A DNA stretch of 64,000 nt, from assembly GCA_046290465.1 (NCBI GenBank), contig JBKAGP010000001.1:6176001-6240000 (forward strand), given 5' to 3'. Below are positions 1-9,823 of the stretch, one piece after another. The position numbers and the translations under genes were made by a program. Every line of letters starts with the position of its first letter. Within the stretch, counting starts at the first letter, position 1. The DNA is from Planctomycetota bacterium (GTDB taxonomy: Bacteria; Planctomycetota; UBA1135; UBA2386). Below the pieces are notes generated by a model. It was given only the letters and a program-made list of their open reading frames with translations, was not told the DNA's origin and did no database searches.

Positions 1-1236
1 CAGTACTACGTCGTCAGCAACAGCCGCGGCTACCTCACGGAGGTCGCCAAGGTGCAGGCCGGCACGCAGGTCAGCCTGGCTGCGTCGACGCGCGTCGGCC
101 AGCTGCGCCAGCAGCTGCCGGCACCGCCGCTGATGTCGATGATGATCAACGCATCGTCGGTCATGGACGCGCTCGCGCCGCACCTGCCGTACGAGGCGGC
201 CGACCTGTCGGACGCGCTCGGCCTTGGCCGCCTCGACGTCATCTACTCTGCGATGACCGCCAGCGAACGCGGCGGCACCGACCTGCTGCACGTCGGCATC
301 GGCGGCAGCGAGCGCGGCCTCGCCAAGGCGCTGGTCGCCACGCCGGCCGACCTGTCGTTCGCCAAGGTCTGCTCGGCCAACACGATCGTGTTCGGCGCCG
401 GCAGCTTCGACATGCCGGCGGTGATCGAGGCGTTCCAGCGGTTCGTCAAGCTGCTGCCGGCCGAGGCACAGCAGGAGATCCGCCGCGAGATGGGGCGTGA
501 GATGGCGCGCGAGATGCGCCACATGGGCACCTCGCCGGCCGAGGTGCACGGCATGCTGCGTGCGTTCGGCAACCAGGTCGGCTTCGCCGTCAGCCTCGAG
601 AAGGGCGCGGTCCCGAAGCCGGAGATGCTGCTGCGCCTGTCGGTCGACGACCACGCGCCGATCTCGTCGCTGATGCAGCGCGTCGAAGCGCTGAGCACGC
701 GTGAGGCCCACGTCGAGTGGCGCAGCCGCAAGGCCGGTGCGCACGAGGTGCGCTTCTGCAACGTGCAGGTCGAGGACCAGCTGCAGCTGTCGCCGTGCTA
801 CGTGCTGACCGACGACAACCTGTGGATCGGCTCGGACGTCGCCGGCCTGGTGCGCGCGCTGCGCCGCGCCGACAAGCCGGAGAAGAGCCTCGCCGCGACC
901 GAGGACTTCGCGCGCATGGCGCGCGAGGCCACCGGCGCCAGCGGCGTGGTGCACATCCGTTCGTTCCGCGGCGTCGAGATCGGCTGGCGCTCGGTCGAGA
1001 CGATGCTCTACCCGATGCTCGACGCCAACGCCGACGAGATCGGCTTCGACAGCGACTCGCTGCCGGACAGCGAGCAGCTCGCCGCGGCGCTCGGCACGAC
1101 CACGTTCGTCTACCGCGTCGACGACTACGGCGTCACGGTCAAGACCGAGGGCCCGATGGCGATGGGCGCGTTGCTGGCTGCGTTCGGCATGCTCGGCGAC
1201 GAGGTGCTGAGCCGCGCCACCGGCAAGGTCTTCTAG
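1..1236 (+). CDS. Hypothetical protein, 5'-partial, DUF3352-like architecture
   Basis: Frame open from base 1 (QYYVVSNSRGY...) to TAG at 1234-1236 with strong GC3 bias; beta-rich segments such as LSPCYVLTDDNLWIGSD and LAATEDFARM resemble DUF3352-like proteins. Confidence 0.75.
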   Translation, partial: QYYVVSNSRGYLTEVAKVQAGTQVSLAASTRVGQLRQQLPAPPLMSMMINASSVMDALAPHLPYEAADLSDALGLGRLDVIYSAMTASERGGTDLLHVGIGGSERGLAKALVATPADLSFAKVCSANTIVFGAGSFDMPAVIEAFQRFVKLLPAEAQQEIRREMGREMAREMRHMGTSPAEVHGMLRAFGNQVGFAVSLEKGAVPKPEMLLRLSVDDHAPISSLMQRVEALSTREAHVEWRSRKAGAHEVRFCNVQVEDQLQLSPCYVLTDDNLWIGSDVAGLVRALRRADKPEKSLAATEDFARMAREATGASGVVHIRSFRGVEIGWRSVETMLYPMLDANADEIGFDSDSLPDSEQLAAALGTTTFVYRVDDYGVTVKTEGPMAMGALLAAFGMLGDEVLSRATGKVF

Positions 1237-1288
1237 GGACCGGCTGCTCCGAGCTTGCACCGGTCCCTCGACCGGGCAAGCTTCGGGC

Positions 1289-1516
1289 ATGAACAAGCAG
1301 GACGACGCCCGCCGCAAGCGGCTCCGGCGGATGTGCAAGGAGGGGGCCGACGAGCTCACCGTCGCCACCGAAGACCTCCGCTGGCTGCTCGACGAGGCCT
1401 CGCGCCTGCAGCAGGCCAACGACCGCCTGCGCCGCCAGAACCGCCGGCTGCGGTTGCGCCACGAACGCGACGGCGCGCCGTCCGACGACGGCGGCGGGGG
1501 CGAGAGCGAGCAGTGA
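1289..1516 (+). CDS. Small coiled-coil hypothetical protein (75 aa)
   Basis: Heptad-like LLDEASRLQQANDRLRRQNRRLR; stop overlaps next GTG start (GTGA). Confidence 0.7.
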   Translation: MNKQDDARRKRLRRMCKEGADELTVATEDLRWLLDEASRLQQANDRLRRQNRRLRLRHERDGAPSDDGGGGESEQ

Positions 1517-2304
1517 GCTACATCGTGCTGGTGCACTGGAACGAGGTCGAGTGCCTCGAGCGCCAGCAGAAGCTCGAGAACTACGGCCATCGGGTGTTCG
1601 CGCACTGGCGGCAGGATCGCGGCAGCGAGCTGACCCGCGGCGTCGCCGCCGAGCGACCGGACGCGGTCGTCATCGACCTCTCGCGGCTGCCCTCGCACGG
1701 CCGTTCGGTCGCGACCTGGCTGCGGGAGAAGAAGGCGCTGCGGCGCGTGCCGATCGTCTGCGTGCCGGGCGATCCCGAGAAGACGAAGCGCATGCAGGAC
1801 GCCTTCCCCGACGCGGTCTACGCGCCGTGGACGCGGCTGAAGGGCGCGCTCGCGAAGGCGATCACGAACCCGCCCGCAGATCCGGTCGTGCCCAAGGCGG
1901 TTGACTACTCGGGCACGCCGCTGCCGAAGAAGCTCGGCATGAAGGCCGGCTCCGTGCTTGCGGTGCAGCGGCCGCCCGCCGGCTGGGCCGAGACGCTCGG
2001 CGAACTGCCCGAGGGCGCGACGCAGAAGCGCGGCCTGCGCGGCGAGCGCGACGTGGTCGTGCTGTTCTGCCGGGCCTCGAGCGAGCTGCGCGCGGACTGG
2101 AAGGCCGCCGCCGGCTGCCTCGCCGAGGGCGGCGGGCTGTGGGTCGCCTGGCCGAAGAAGACGTCGGGGGTGACCACCGACCTGACCGACGCGGTGGTGC
2201 GCGCGTTCGGCCTCGACCAGGGTCTGGTCGACACCAAGGTCTGCGCGATCGACGCGACCTGGTCGGGGTTGCGATTCTCCCGGCGACGGGCGGCGCGGCG
2301 CTGA
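1513..2304 (+). CDS. Atypical receiver-like domain fused to DUF3052-like domain
   Basis: GTG at 1513; N-terminal RPDAVVIDL...VPIV is receiver-like; C-terminal YSGTPLPKKLG...LWVAWPKK...GLVDTKVCAIDATWSGLRF matches the DUF3052 pattern. Confidence 0.75.
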   Translation: MSYIVLVHWNEVECLERQQKLENYGHRVFAHWRQDRGSELTRGVAAERPDAVVIDLSRLPSHGRSVATWLREKKALRRVPIVCVPGDPEKTKRMQDAFPDAVYAPWTRLKGALAKAITNPPADPVVPKAVDYSGTPLPKKLGMKAGSVLAVQRPPAGWAETLGELPEGATQKRGLRGERDVVVLFCRASSELRADWKAAAGCLAEGGGLWVAWPKKTSGVTTDLTDAVVRAFGLDQGLVDTKVCAIDATWSGLRFSRRRAARR

Positions 2305-2353
2305 GCGCGTTGCCGGCGGCGCGGCAGGCGCGTATCGTCGCAGGCACCTGGAG

Positions 2354-3235
2354 ATGTCGATGCACCCGATCAAGACCTGCCTAGTACTGTTTGCACTGTT
2401 GTTCGCCGCCAGCGCGGCCGTGACCGCCCAGGGCGCGCGCTACCTGATCCCCGAGCGCATCGAGCGCAAGACCGAGGCCGGCGACGACGGCCAGCAGGTG
2501 TGGGCCAAGTGGGAGGCGCCGGACTGCACCAGCTGCAAGGGCACCGGCAAGTCGGTCTGCGCCACCTGTGCGCGCTTCCCGAAGGACGCCGACAAGTGCC
2601 CCGAGTGTGAGCGGAAGGACAAGGCCAAGTTCCTGACGACGTGCCGCGTCTGCGCCGGCAAGGGCAAGCTCGCCGACCCGCTCGACGAACTACCGTGCGC
2701 CGGTTGCATGGGCTCGGGCATGTTCCTCTGCACGGTCTGCGGTGGCGGCGGCCAGCTCAAGGTCGGATCCGCGAAGCGTTGGAGCGCGTGCCCCGCCTGT
2801 CGCGGCAAGGGTCGCTTCGACTGCGGCGGCTGCAAGGGCAAGCGCGTGATGAGTTCGCTGGTGGTCAAGCCGTCCCTGCGCGAGGCCCCGCTCGACAAGC
2901 TGCAGAAGGCGCAGGAAGCGGTCGACGCGGCGTTGCAGCGCTTCGCGTCGTTCCTCCCGGCCGGCGGCACCAAGGCCCGCAAGGAGGTCAAGGAACTCGG
3001 CAAGGCCTACGACGAGCTGAAGAAGCTGCACCCGTCGTGGAAGGGCATGGCCAAGGCCACCAAGAGCTACATGGGCAAGATCTTCGCCGGCGCGCAGTTC
3101 CAGGGGCACGAGCAGAACGAGGCGGCCACGATGAACCAGCTCAAGTCCAACGCCGAGTACTACCTGAAGCACCAGAAGCGCATGCTCGAGCTGGCGATCA
3201 AGCGGGCCGAGCTGAACGCCAACGCGGGCAAGTGA
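2354..3235 (+). CDS. Exported protein with DnaJ-type CxxCxGxG zinc-finger repeats
   Basis: Signal peptide (CLVLFALLFAASAAVTAQ); eight CxxC motifs, most followed by xGxG. Confidence 0.8.
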   Translation: MSMHPIKTCLVLFALLFAASAAVTAQGARYLIPERIERKTEAGDDGQQVWAKWEAPDCTSCKGTGKSVCATCARFPKDADKCPECERKDKAKFLTTCRVCAGKGKLADPLDELPCAGCMGSGMFLCTVCGGGGQLKVGSAKRWSACPACRGKGRFDCGGCKGKRVMSSLVVKPSLREAPLDKLQKAQEAVDAALQRFASFLPAGGTKARKEVKELGKAYDELKKLHPSWKGMAKATKSYMGKIFAGAQFQGHEQNEAATMNQLKSNAEYYLKHQKRMLELAIKRAELNANAGK

Positions 3236-3277
3236 CCCTGCCCGTCGGAGCGTCTGCGCGGTAGTCTCCGCGGACCT

Positions 3278-6136
3278 ATGCGTCCGCTTTCCCGTCTGCT
3301 TTCCGCCCTGCTCGCTGCGGCTCCCGCCGTCGCGCAGGGCGTCGTCAACGAGTCGCTGCTGCGCGCCCCGAGCGGCGGTGCTGCCGAGACCTGGTCGTCC
3401 CGCGTGTTCGAGCAGGTCCAGGGCTCGGTCGTCTACGTCGCCGTCGAGGTCGACGGCGACCGCGGCGCGTTCGTCGTCGAACGCGCCAGCTCCGGCATCG
3501 TCGTCGACGGCAGGGGCTACGTGGTGACGTTCCACCGGCTGGTCCAGGAGGCGATCGGTGCCGACGACAAGCGGATCAAGGTGCGCCTCAACGACGCGTC
3601 GAACACCGAGCTGGCGGCGAAGCTGGTGCGCAGCGACGCGGCGACCGGGCTGGCGCTGCTCCGCATCGAGCCGCCGCAGGACGGGCTGACGGTCGCGCCC
3701 GGTGTGGCCGGCATGCCGCACTACGGCGAGCCGGTGCTGGTGGTCGCGCGCCCGGCCGGCGAGGAGATGCTGGCGTTCGCCGGCGTGGCCAGCCGCGCGC
3801 TGTCGGCCGTCGAGTTCGACGGGCATCGCTTCGCCCGCGGCGCGTCGTTCCTGACCGATGCTCGCGTCGACCTGCGCTGCGATGGCGCTGGCGTGTTCGG
3901 CGCCGACGGCGCGCTGCTCGGCATCTACTCGAGCGAGCACGTCGCGCGCGAGGTGCGCGAACCCAAGCTCGAGGACCTGAAGCGGCCGAGCTTCGGCGCG
4001 GTGATCCCCGCCGAGCGGATCCGCGGCGCCTTTGCGGCCGAACTCGGCGCTTCCGAGGCGCGCGCGCGGGCGCCGCATGCATGGGCGCGCGCGGTCGCGG
4101 CCGTCGCGCCGTCGGTGGTGGGGGTGTACAGCGGTGATGGTGAATGGCCGATGCCGGGCCCGAACGACCCCGGCTGCGAGCAGCGCAACGAGCAACTCGG
4201 CTCGGGCGTGGTCGCGACCGCCGACGGGTTGGTGCTGTGCAACGCGCACGTCTGCCGCGGCGACGTGCGCGTAAAGGTCGGTGCAGCCGTCTATCCGGCC
4301 GAGGTGGTCAAGAGGCGCAGCGGCTCGAACCTGGCGCTGCTGCGGGTCGCGTTGCCGACCGGCGTGCGGCTGACGCCGGCGACCTTCGGCGTCGACGACG
4401 ACGTGCGCCTCGGCGAGGCGGTGCTGGCGGTCGGCAACCCGACCGGTGACGGTGCGGTCGTGACCGGCGGCGTGATCTCGGCGATGCGCGCCCGTGAGGG
4501 CGGCCGGATCCAGGCCGATGCCAACCTCGGCAACCAGAACGGTGGCGGTGCGATGATCGACGCGTCCGGCCGGGTCGTCGGCATCGGGGACGCCGGCCGC
4601 GTCGACCCGGTCGAGATGGCCTACATGATGCGCCGCGACCGCGCGACCAAGGAGACCAACCTGTCGACGTTCGTCGGCGTGCGCCAGGTGCGCAAGGTGT
4701 TCGGGGACGCGCTCGACGAGGCTTCGGCCGAAGGCTCGCTGGTGGCGCCGATGCCGGCGAGCGAGCAGCAGCGGCAGCTGCGGCGTGCGGCGCTGGCGAC
4801 GATGGTCGAGCAGGCCAGCGGCGCGATGCTGAACATCTACGTGGCCCGCAACATCGCCGAGATCGATCCGGAGGACCCGTTCCCGCCCGATCCGGTCTGG
4901 CAGCCGATGAGCCTCGGCTCGGGCGTGATCATCGACCGTTCGGGCCTGGCGGTCAGCAACTGGCACGTCGTCGACGACGGCACGTTCCCCGACGGCGCGA
5001 CCAACGACGAGTTCCGGATCACCGCGCGGGGCTTCGGCGGCAAGGAATACGAGGTGCGGGTGCTGAGCATCTCGCGCGAGGACGACCTGTCGCTGCTGCA
5101 GCTGGTGCTCGACGACGGCGAGTCGGTGCAGGCGGTCGAGCTCGGCAACTCCGAGCAGCTCGGCATCGGCGAGGCCGTCGCCGCGATCGGCAACCCGCAC
5201 GGGCGCTCCAACACGATCACCTACGGAGTCGTCTCGGCGAAGGGGCAGGGCATCCGCGTCAAGGGGCGCTGGGCCAAGCTCAACCACCTGATCGAGACCG
5301 ACGCCGCGATCAACGGCGGCAACAGCGGCGGCGCGCTGCTCGACATGAACGGTCGGCTGGTCGGCATCAACAGCGCCGGTGGCGGCTCGCTGAACAACGT
5401 TGGCTACGCGATCGCCGTCGACCACGTGCGGCGGCAGCTGACCGGCCTGTTGATGCAGCCCTACAAGCTGCGCAGCCCCGAACTCGGCATGCGCGTGCTG
5501 GACGACGAGGGCGAGGTCGTGGTGATGGACGTCGACGAACGCGGCCCCGCGGCGCGCGCCGGCGTGCGTTCGGGCGACCGGGTGCGGGCGCTCGGCGGTA
5601 CCAAGATCACCTGGACGCCGGGCTTCGCGCGCACCCTGCTGCTGCAGCAGGCGGGCGTGCCGGTTGCCGTCGAGGTCGAACGGCAGGGCGAAGCGAAGTC
5701 GTTCGAGGTGACGCCGCTGCGCCCGGAGGTCTGGTCGGTGATCCGCCAGGCCGGCCTCGAGGTCCGCGACTTCGGCTTCGGCGAGGCGCCTGAGCGGGTG
5801 CAGCGGGTGGTCGTCGCGATGCACCGCAAGTTCAGCGGCGACGCGACGGCGGTGCCGCAGGTGATCCCGTCGCAGGTGGTGCGGGTCGAGCGTGTGTTCG
5901 CTGCGCAGCAGCCGGAGGCCGACCTGAAGGCCGGGGACCTCGTGCTCGGCATCGAGCTGCGCACCCGCGCCGACAACCGGGCGGTGCTGCAGCCGATCGA
6001 CGGCGTGCGCGCGCTGCGCGACTGGTTCAACAATCGCGAGATCGGCAGCTACGACGGCGCCCGGTGGCGTTGCTGGGTGGCGCGCGGCGACGACGTGCGC
6101 GCCGTCGAGCTGGTCGCCCGACGGCTGCTCTGGTGA
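3278..6136 (+). CDS. Exported HtrA/DegP-family serine protease with three trypsin-like domains plus PDZ
   Basis: Signal peptide; third domain has SNWHVV, EDDLSLL, TDAAINGGNSGGAL; PDZ-like GPAARAGVRSGDRV; two upstream degenerate protease domains. Confidence 0.9.
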   Translation: MRPLSRLLSALLAAAPAVAQGVVNESLLRAPSGGAAETWSSRVFEQVQGSVVYVAVEVDGDRGAFVVERASSGIVVDGRGYVVTFHRLVQEAIGADDKRIKVRLNDASNTELAAKLVRSDAATGLALLRIEPPQDGLTVAPGVAGMPHYGEPVLVVARPAGEEMLAFAGVASRALSAVEFDGHRFARGASFLTDARVDLRCDGAGVFGADGALLGIYSSEHVAREVREPKLEDLKRPSFGAVIPAERIRGAFAAELGASEARARAPHAWARAVAAVAPSVVGVYSGDGEWPMPGPNDPGCEQRNEQLGSGVVATADGLVLCNAHVCRGDVRVKVGAAVYPAEVVKRRSGSNLALLRVALPTGVRLTPATFGVDDDVRLGEAVLAVGNPTGDGAVVTGGVISAMRAREGGRIQADANLGNQNGGGAMIDASGRVVGIGDAGRVDPVEMAYMMRRDRATKETNLSTFVGVRQVRKVFGDALDEASAEGSLVAPMPASEQQRQLRRAALATMVEQASGAMLNIYVARNIAEIDPEDPFPPDPVWQPMSLGSGVIIDRSGLAVSNWHVVDDGTFPDGATNDEFRITARGFGGKEYEVRVLSISREDDLSLLQLVLDDGESVQAVELGNSEQLGIGEAVAAIGNPHGRSNTITYGVVSAKGQGIRVKGRWAKLNHLIETDAAINGGNSGGALLDMNGRLVGINSAGGGSLNNVGYAIAVDHVRRQLTGLLMQPYKLRSPELGMRVLDDEGEVVVMDVDERGPAARAGVRSGDRVRALGGTKITWTPGFARTLLLQQAGVPVAVEVERQGEAKSFEVTPLRPEVWSVIRQAGLEVRDFGFGEAPERVQRVVVAMHRKFSGDATAVPQVIPSQVVRVERVFAAQQPEADLKAGDLVLGIELRTRADNRAVLQPIDGVRALRDWFNNREIGSYDGARWRCWVARGDDVRAVELVARRLLW

Positions 6137-6151
6137 GCGGCGCGGTCGGCG

Positions 6152-8422
6152 CTACTTGGCCGTGAAGGCGCCGCGGGCGTTGCCGGACTGGCCCTTCCGC
6201 GACCAGCTCCACGTGAAGTGGATCTTGCCCTTCGGCAGCGGGTCGAGCGGCCAGAACGTCGCCATGCCGGGCGCCGAGGTGGTGCGGACCTCGCCGTCGT
6301 CGAAGACGGTGACGCCCTCGACGGCGTTGCCCTCCTTGTCGGTCACGGTGCACTGCAGGGTGCTGCGCAGGTCGATGCCGCCGCTGCTGCCGAAGTGCAT
6401 CGTCAACGGGAAGCCGATCTGCTTGTTGCCCTCGCGGCCGTGCTTCTTCAGCAGTTCTTCGGCCTCCGGGCCGAGGATCGACACGTCGACCTCGCGTTCG
6501 AAGATCAGGTTGGTGTCGTTGCGGGGCGGGTAGCAGTCGAAGCCGGCCTGCGGATCCTTCGGGTCGCCGATGCCGCTGGTCGCGTTGATGACCAGGATGT
6601 TGCCCTCGGCATACATGCCGATCGACAGCAGCGTGTGGTTGATGAACAGGTCGCGGTAGCCCGGCTTGTAGATCCACTCGTCGAACACCTTGTCGGCCTT
6701 GCTCGCCTTGACGCCGGTCTCGACGACCGCCATCTGCGCGAACAGGCGACCGGAGTAGCTGCCGCCCAGTTCGACCTTCTGCACGTGTTCGGCGCCGGGG
6801 CCGCGCTCCCCCTTGTTGGCCGCCAGGTAGTCCGCGTGGTCCTTGCAGCGGGCCGAGAACGTCGCCGACCACGTCACCGGCGCGCGCCTGTGCTCCTTGC
6901 GGCGTTCGTTGAAGGCGGCGAGCCACTTGTCGACGTCCTTGCTGATCGCGCTGACCGGCGGCGTGTTGTCGCGGATCGACTTCAGCACCGGTGAGGCCTC
7001 GGTCCAGAAGTCCTCCCACTCCTTGTCGAGCTGCGGGATCGTGACCCCGTCGGCGACCTCGGCGAACTTCGCCTCGAACTCGCCCGGCTGCTTGGCGCCG
7101 CGCTTCTTCATCTCCTGCGCGATCTGGTCCATCTTGCGCAGCAGTTCGGGGTCGCGACGCATCATGTAGTCGGTGAACGACCACGACTTGATGCGCTGCT
7201 CGTTGGTGAAGTTCGACGCCTCGCAGAACGGCAGGGTGTTGGCCGGCACGCCGCCGGTGCTCTTCCACGCCATCTCGAGGCTGAGGTTCTTCCAGACGTC
7301 GAAGTCCGGCGACTGGAACTCGCGGTCCTCTTCGCTCGCGGTGGTGCCCTGCTGCTTCTTCAGGTCGACCGCGAACAGGCGGTTGTTGTTGAACATCATG
7401 CCGACGAACGTGTGGCCGATGCCCTCGTTGTAGGCGGTCGCCCCGAAGCCCGAGTAGATGCCGGCGACGTTGCGCACGCACGCGTCGAGCAGCACCTGCC
7501 GGCCGGACGTCGAGCCTACGCGGACGCCGGCGATCGTGCTGGCCGACGAGTTCTCGAGCTTCCACTCGAGGTCCGGAACCTGGTTGGCCCTGAGGATCTG
7601 CTGGTAGCTCTCCTTGGCGGTGAAGAACGCCCAGTCGAGCGGCCACTTGCCGTCCGCATACTGCCACGGGAACGCGACCTTGCAGACCCGCAGCGCCCGC
7701 TCGGCCCACTGCAGCGCGTCGTGCAGGTTGGCTTCTTCCTCCTCGTCACCGTGCAGCGTGAAGTGTTCGCTGCGCACGGTGATGTAGGGCACCTGCGCCT
7801 GCTGCACCGGCTTGCAGTCGACACCTTCGACGCGCTCGGTCTCGTATTCGACGCCGGCCTGCTCCTCGACCGCCTTCTCGATCATCTTGCTGCGCTCGTA
7901 GAGCGTCTTCTCCAGGTCGGTGCCGCTGAGCCCGCCGACCTCCTGGTGCGACAGCGCCTTCGACGCGTCCCCGTCTTCCTTGAGGAACCGCAGCACCATC
8001 TTCCAGTGGTGCATCGCGCGGTCGCGGCGGCCGGCCTTCTCGTACTTCTTGGCCATCGACTTGTGCTGGCCGGCGAGCTTCTTCTCGAGCGAACGGTACT
8101 GCGACTGCAGCGGCTTGCCGTCGCTGCCCTTGCCGGTGTCCTTGGTCGGGTACGGCCGCCGCGTGTCGAGCACCCAGGAGCTGCCGTTCTTGACGTAGCC
8201 GAGCGCCGTCCAGGCATCCTCGTTGTCCGGGTCGTACAGCTTGATGGTCTTCAGCCAGACAACCTTGGCGATGCGCGGGAAGCCCTTGTCGAACGCCTTC
8301 TTGGCGTAGGCGTTCAGCGCCTTGGCCTGGCGCTGGTTGAACTGGGCTTCTTCGCTTTGCGCGGCGACCATCGCGGTCGTCGCCAGCGCGAACAGGGATA
8401 GCAGGAGTGCTCGTTGGATCAT
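6152..8422 (-). CDS. Exported protein with TPR-like N-terminus, degenerate peptidase-like middle and CAP/SCP-like domain
   Basis: Start reassigned to MIQRALLLSLFALA (signal peptide); AAFNERRKEH...CKDHADYL...EWIYKPGYR resembles CAP domain. Confidence 0.7.
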   Translation of the reverse strand: MIQRALLLSLFALATTAMVAAQSEEAQFNQRQAKALNAYAKKAFDKGFPRIAKVVWLKTIKLYDPDNEDAWTALGYVKNGSSWVLDTRRPYPTKDTGKGSDGKPLQSQYRSLEKKLAGQHKSMAKKYEKAGRRDRAMHHWKMVLRFLKEDGDASKALSHQEVGGLSGTDLEKTLYERSKMIEKAVEEQAGVEYETERVEGVDCKPVQQAQVPYITVRSEHFTLHGDEEEEANLHDALQWAERALRVCKVAFPWQYADGKWPLDWAFFTAKESYQQILRANQVPDLEWKLENSSASTIAGVRVGSTSGRQVLLDACVRNVAGIYSGFGATAYNEGIGHTFVGMMFNNNRLFAVDLKKQQGTTASEEDREFQSPDFDVWKNLSLEMAWKSTGGVPANTLPFCEASNFTNEQRIKSWSFTDYMMRRDPELLRKMDQIAQEMKKRGAKQPGEFEAKFAEVADGVTIPQLDKEWEDFWTEASPVLKSIRDNTPPVSAISKDVDKWLAAFNERRKEHRRAPVTWSATFSARCKDHADYLAANKGERGPGAEHVQKVELGGSYSGRLFAQMAVVETGVKASKADKVFDEWIYKPGYRDLFINHTLLSIGMYAEGNILVINATSGIGDPKDPQAGFDCYPPRNDTNLIFEREVDVSILGPEAEELLKKHGREGNKQIGFPLTMHFGSSGGIDLRSTLQCTVTDKEGNAVEGVTVFDDGEVRTTSAPGMATFWPLDPLPKGKIHFTWSWSRKGQSGNARGAFTAK

Positions 8423-8633
8423 GGAGTGCAGGTGGCTCGGTGGGGTCGATGCTTCGGACCCGTCCAGTCTAACGGCGTGGCGCGCCCGTCGCGATTCGGC
8501 TTTGCGCGCGCCGGGCGACTCGCCATACTGCTCGCCCTCGAAATCGCGAGCCGGGCCGCCGGATGCGGCCGGTTCGCAGCACAGGATCCCGCCCGGGGAT
8601 CCGCAGCAGAGCCCCCAACATGAGGACCACAAC

Positions 8634-9725
8634 ATGAGCACCGTCTACGACCTCGCGGTCCTGCGCGGCGACGGCATCGGCGCCGAAGTCGTCAACGAAG
8701 CCCTCAAGGTCCTCGACGCGATCGAGCAGGTCTACGGCTTCCGGACGAAGCGCGAGGACCTGCCGTACGGCGCCGAGCACTTCTTGAAGACCGGCGAGAC
8801 GATGCCCGACGCCGCGTTCGACCGCCTGCGCGACATGCACGCGGTGCTGTTCGGCGCGGTGGGCGACCCGCGCATCGAGGTCGGCAAGCTCGAGTTCGCG
8901 ATCATCGCCGGCCTGCGCCACAAGCTCGACCTGTTCGTCAACCTGCGCCCGATCAAGCTCTACCACGAGTCGCTGTGCCCGCTGAAGGGCAAGAAGCCGG
9001 AGCACATCGACATGATGTTCTGCCGCGAGAACACCGAGGACGCCTACGCCGGCATCCACGGCGCGACCAAGAAGGGCACGCCGGACGAGATCTCGATGCA
9101 GCAGATGCTCTACACCCGCAAGGGCACCGAGCGCATCATCCGCTACGCGTTCGAGCTGGCGAAGCAGCGCGGCCCGACCGGCGGCCGCAGCAAGCCGAAG
9201 GTCTCGCTGGTCGACAAGGCCAACGCGGTGCGCGCGCAGGAGCTGTGGACGCGCACCTTCCGGGAGGTCGCGGCCGAATACCCGGACATCGACACCGACC
9301 ACGCCTACATCGACGCGGCGTGCATGTTCATGGTCAAGGACCCCGAGCGCTTCGACGTCGGCGTCACCACCAACCTGTTCGGCGACATCATCACCGACCT
9401 CGGCGCGGAGCTGGTCGGCGGCATCGGCATCGCGGCGTCGGGCAACATCCACCCCGGCCAGGTCTCGATGTTCGAGGGCATCCACGGCTCGGCGCCGGAC
9501 ATCGCCGGCAAGGACGTCGCCAGCCCGATCGCCACGATCCTGGCGACCGCGCTGATGCTCGACCACGTCGGCCAGCACGATGCCAAGGCCGAGCTCGAGG
9601 CGACCGTCGCGCAACTGCTGCAGGACGGCCGGATCCGCAGCTTGCGCGACGGCGAACACAAGTGCAGCGAACTCGGTGACATGGTCCGTGACGCCGTGCT
9701 GGCGCGCGCCGGCGTGCGCAGCTGA
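8634..9725 (+). CDS. leuB: 3-isopropylmalate dehydrogenase (isocitrate/isopropylmalate/tartrate dehydrogenase family)
   Basis: GDGIGAEV, NLRP, RENTE, DKAN, NLFGDIITD, HGSAPDIAGK; GAGGA RBS before ATG 8634; substrate specificity not certain. Confidence 0.8.
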   Translation: MSTVYDLAVLRGDGIGAEVVNEALKVLDAIEQVYGFRTKREDLPYGAEHFLKTGETMPDAAFDRLRDMHAVLFGAVGDPRIEVGKLEFAIIAGLRHKLDLFVNLRPIKLYHESLCPLKGKKPEHIDMMFCRENTEDAYAGIHGATKKGTPDEISMQQMLYTRKGTERIIRYAFELAKQRGPTGGRSKPKVSLVDKANAVRAQELWTRTFREVAAEYPDIDTDHAYIDAACMFMVKDPERFDVGVTTNLFGDIITDLGAELVGGIGIAASGNIHPGQVSMFEGIHGSAPDIAGKDVASPIATILATALMLDHVGQHDAKAELEATVAQLLQDGRIRSLRDGEHKCSELGDMVRDAVLARAGVRS

Positions 9726-9823
9726 TCCAGAACCTCGAAGAAGGCGTGCCGATCGGTCACGCAGCTGCGTAGGGCGAAGCGTCGTCCGGCGGGTCGACTG
9801 GCCTGCCGCCACTCGCCTCGCCC

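Noticed and set aside
2354..3235. Multiheme cytochrome c or true DnaJ
   Set aside because: No CxxCH motifs, and no J-domain or HPD
2690..5824. 1044-aa minus-strand ORF
   Set aside because: Antisense shadow of the HtrA gene
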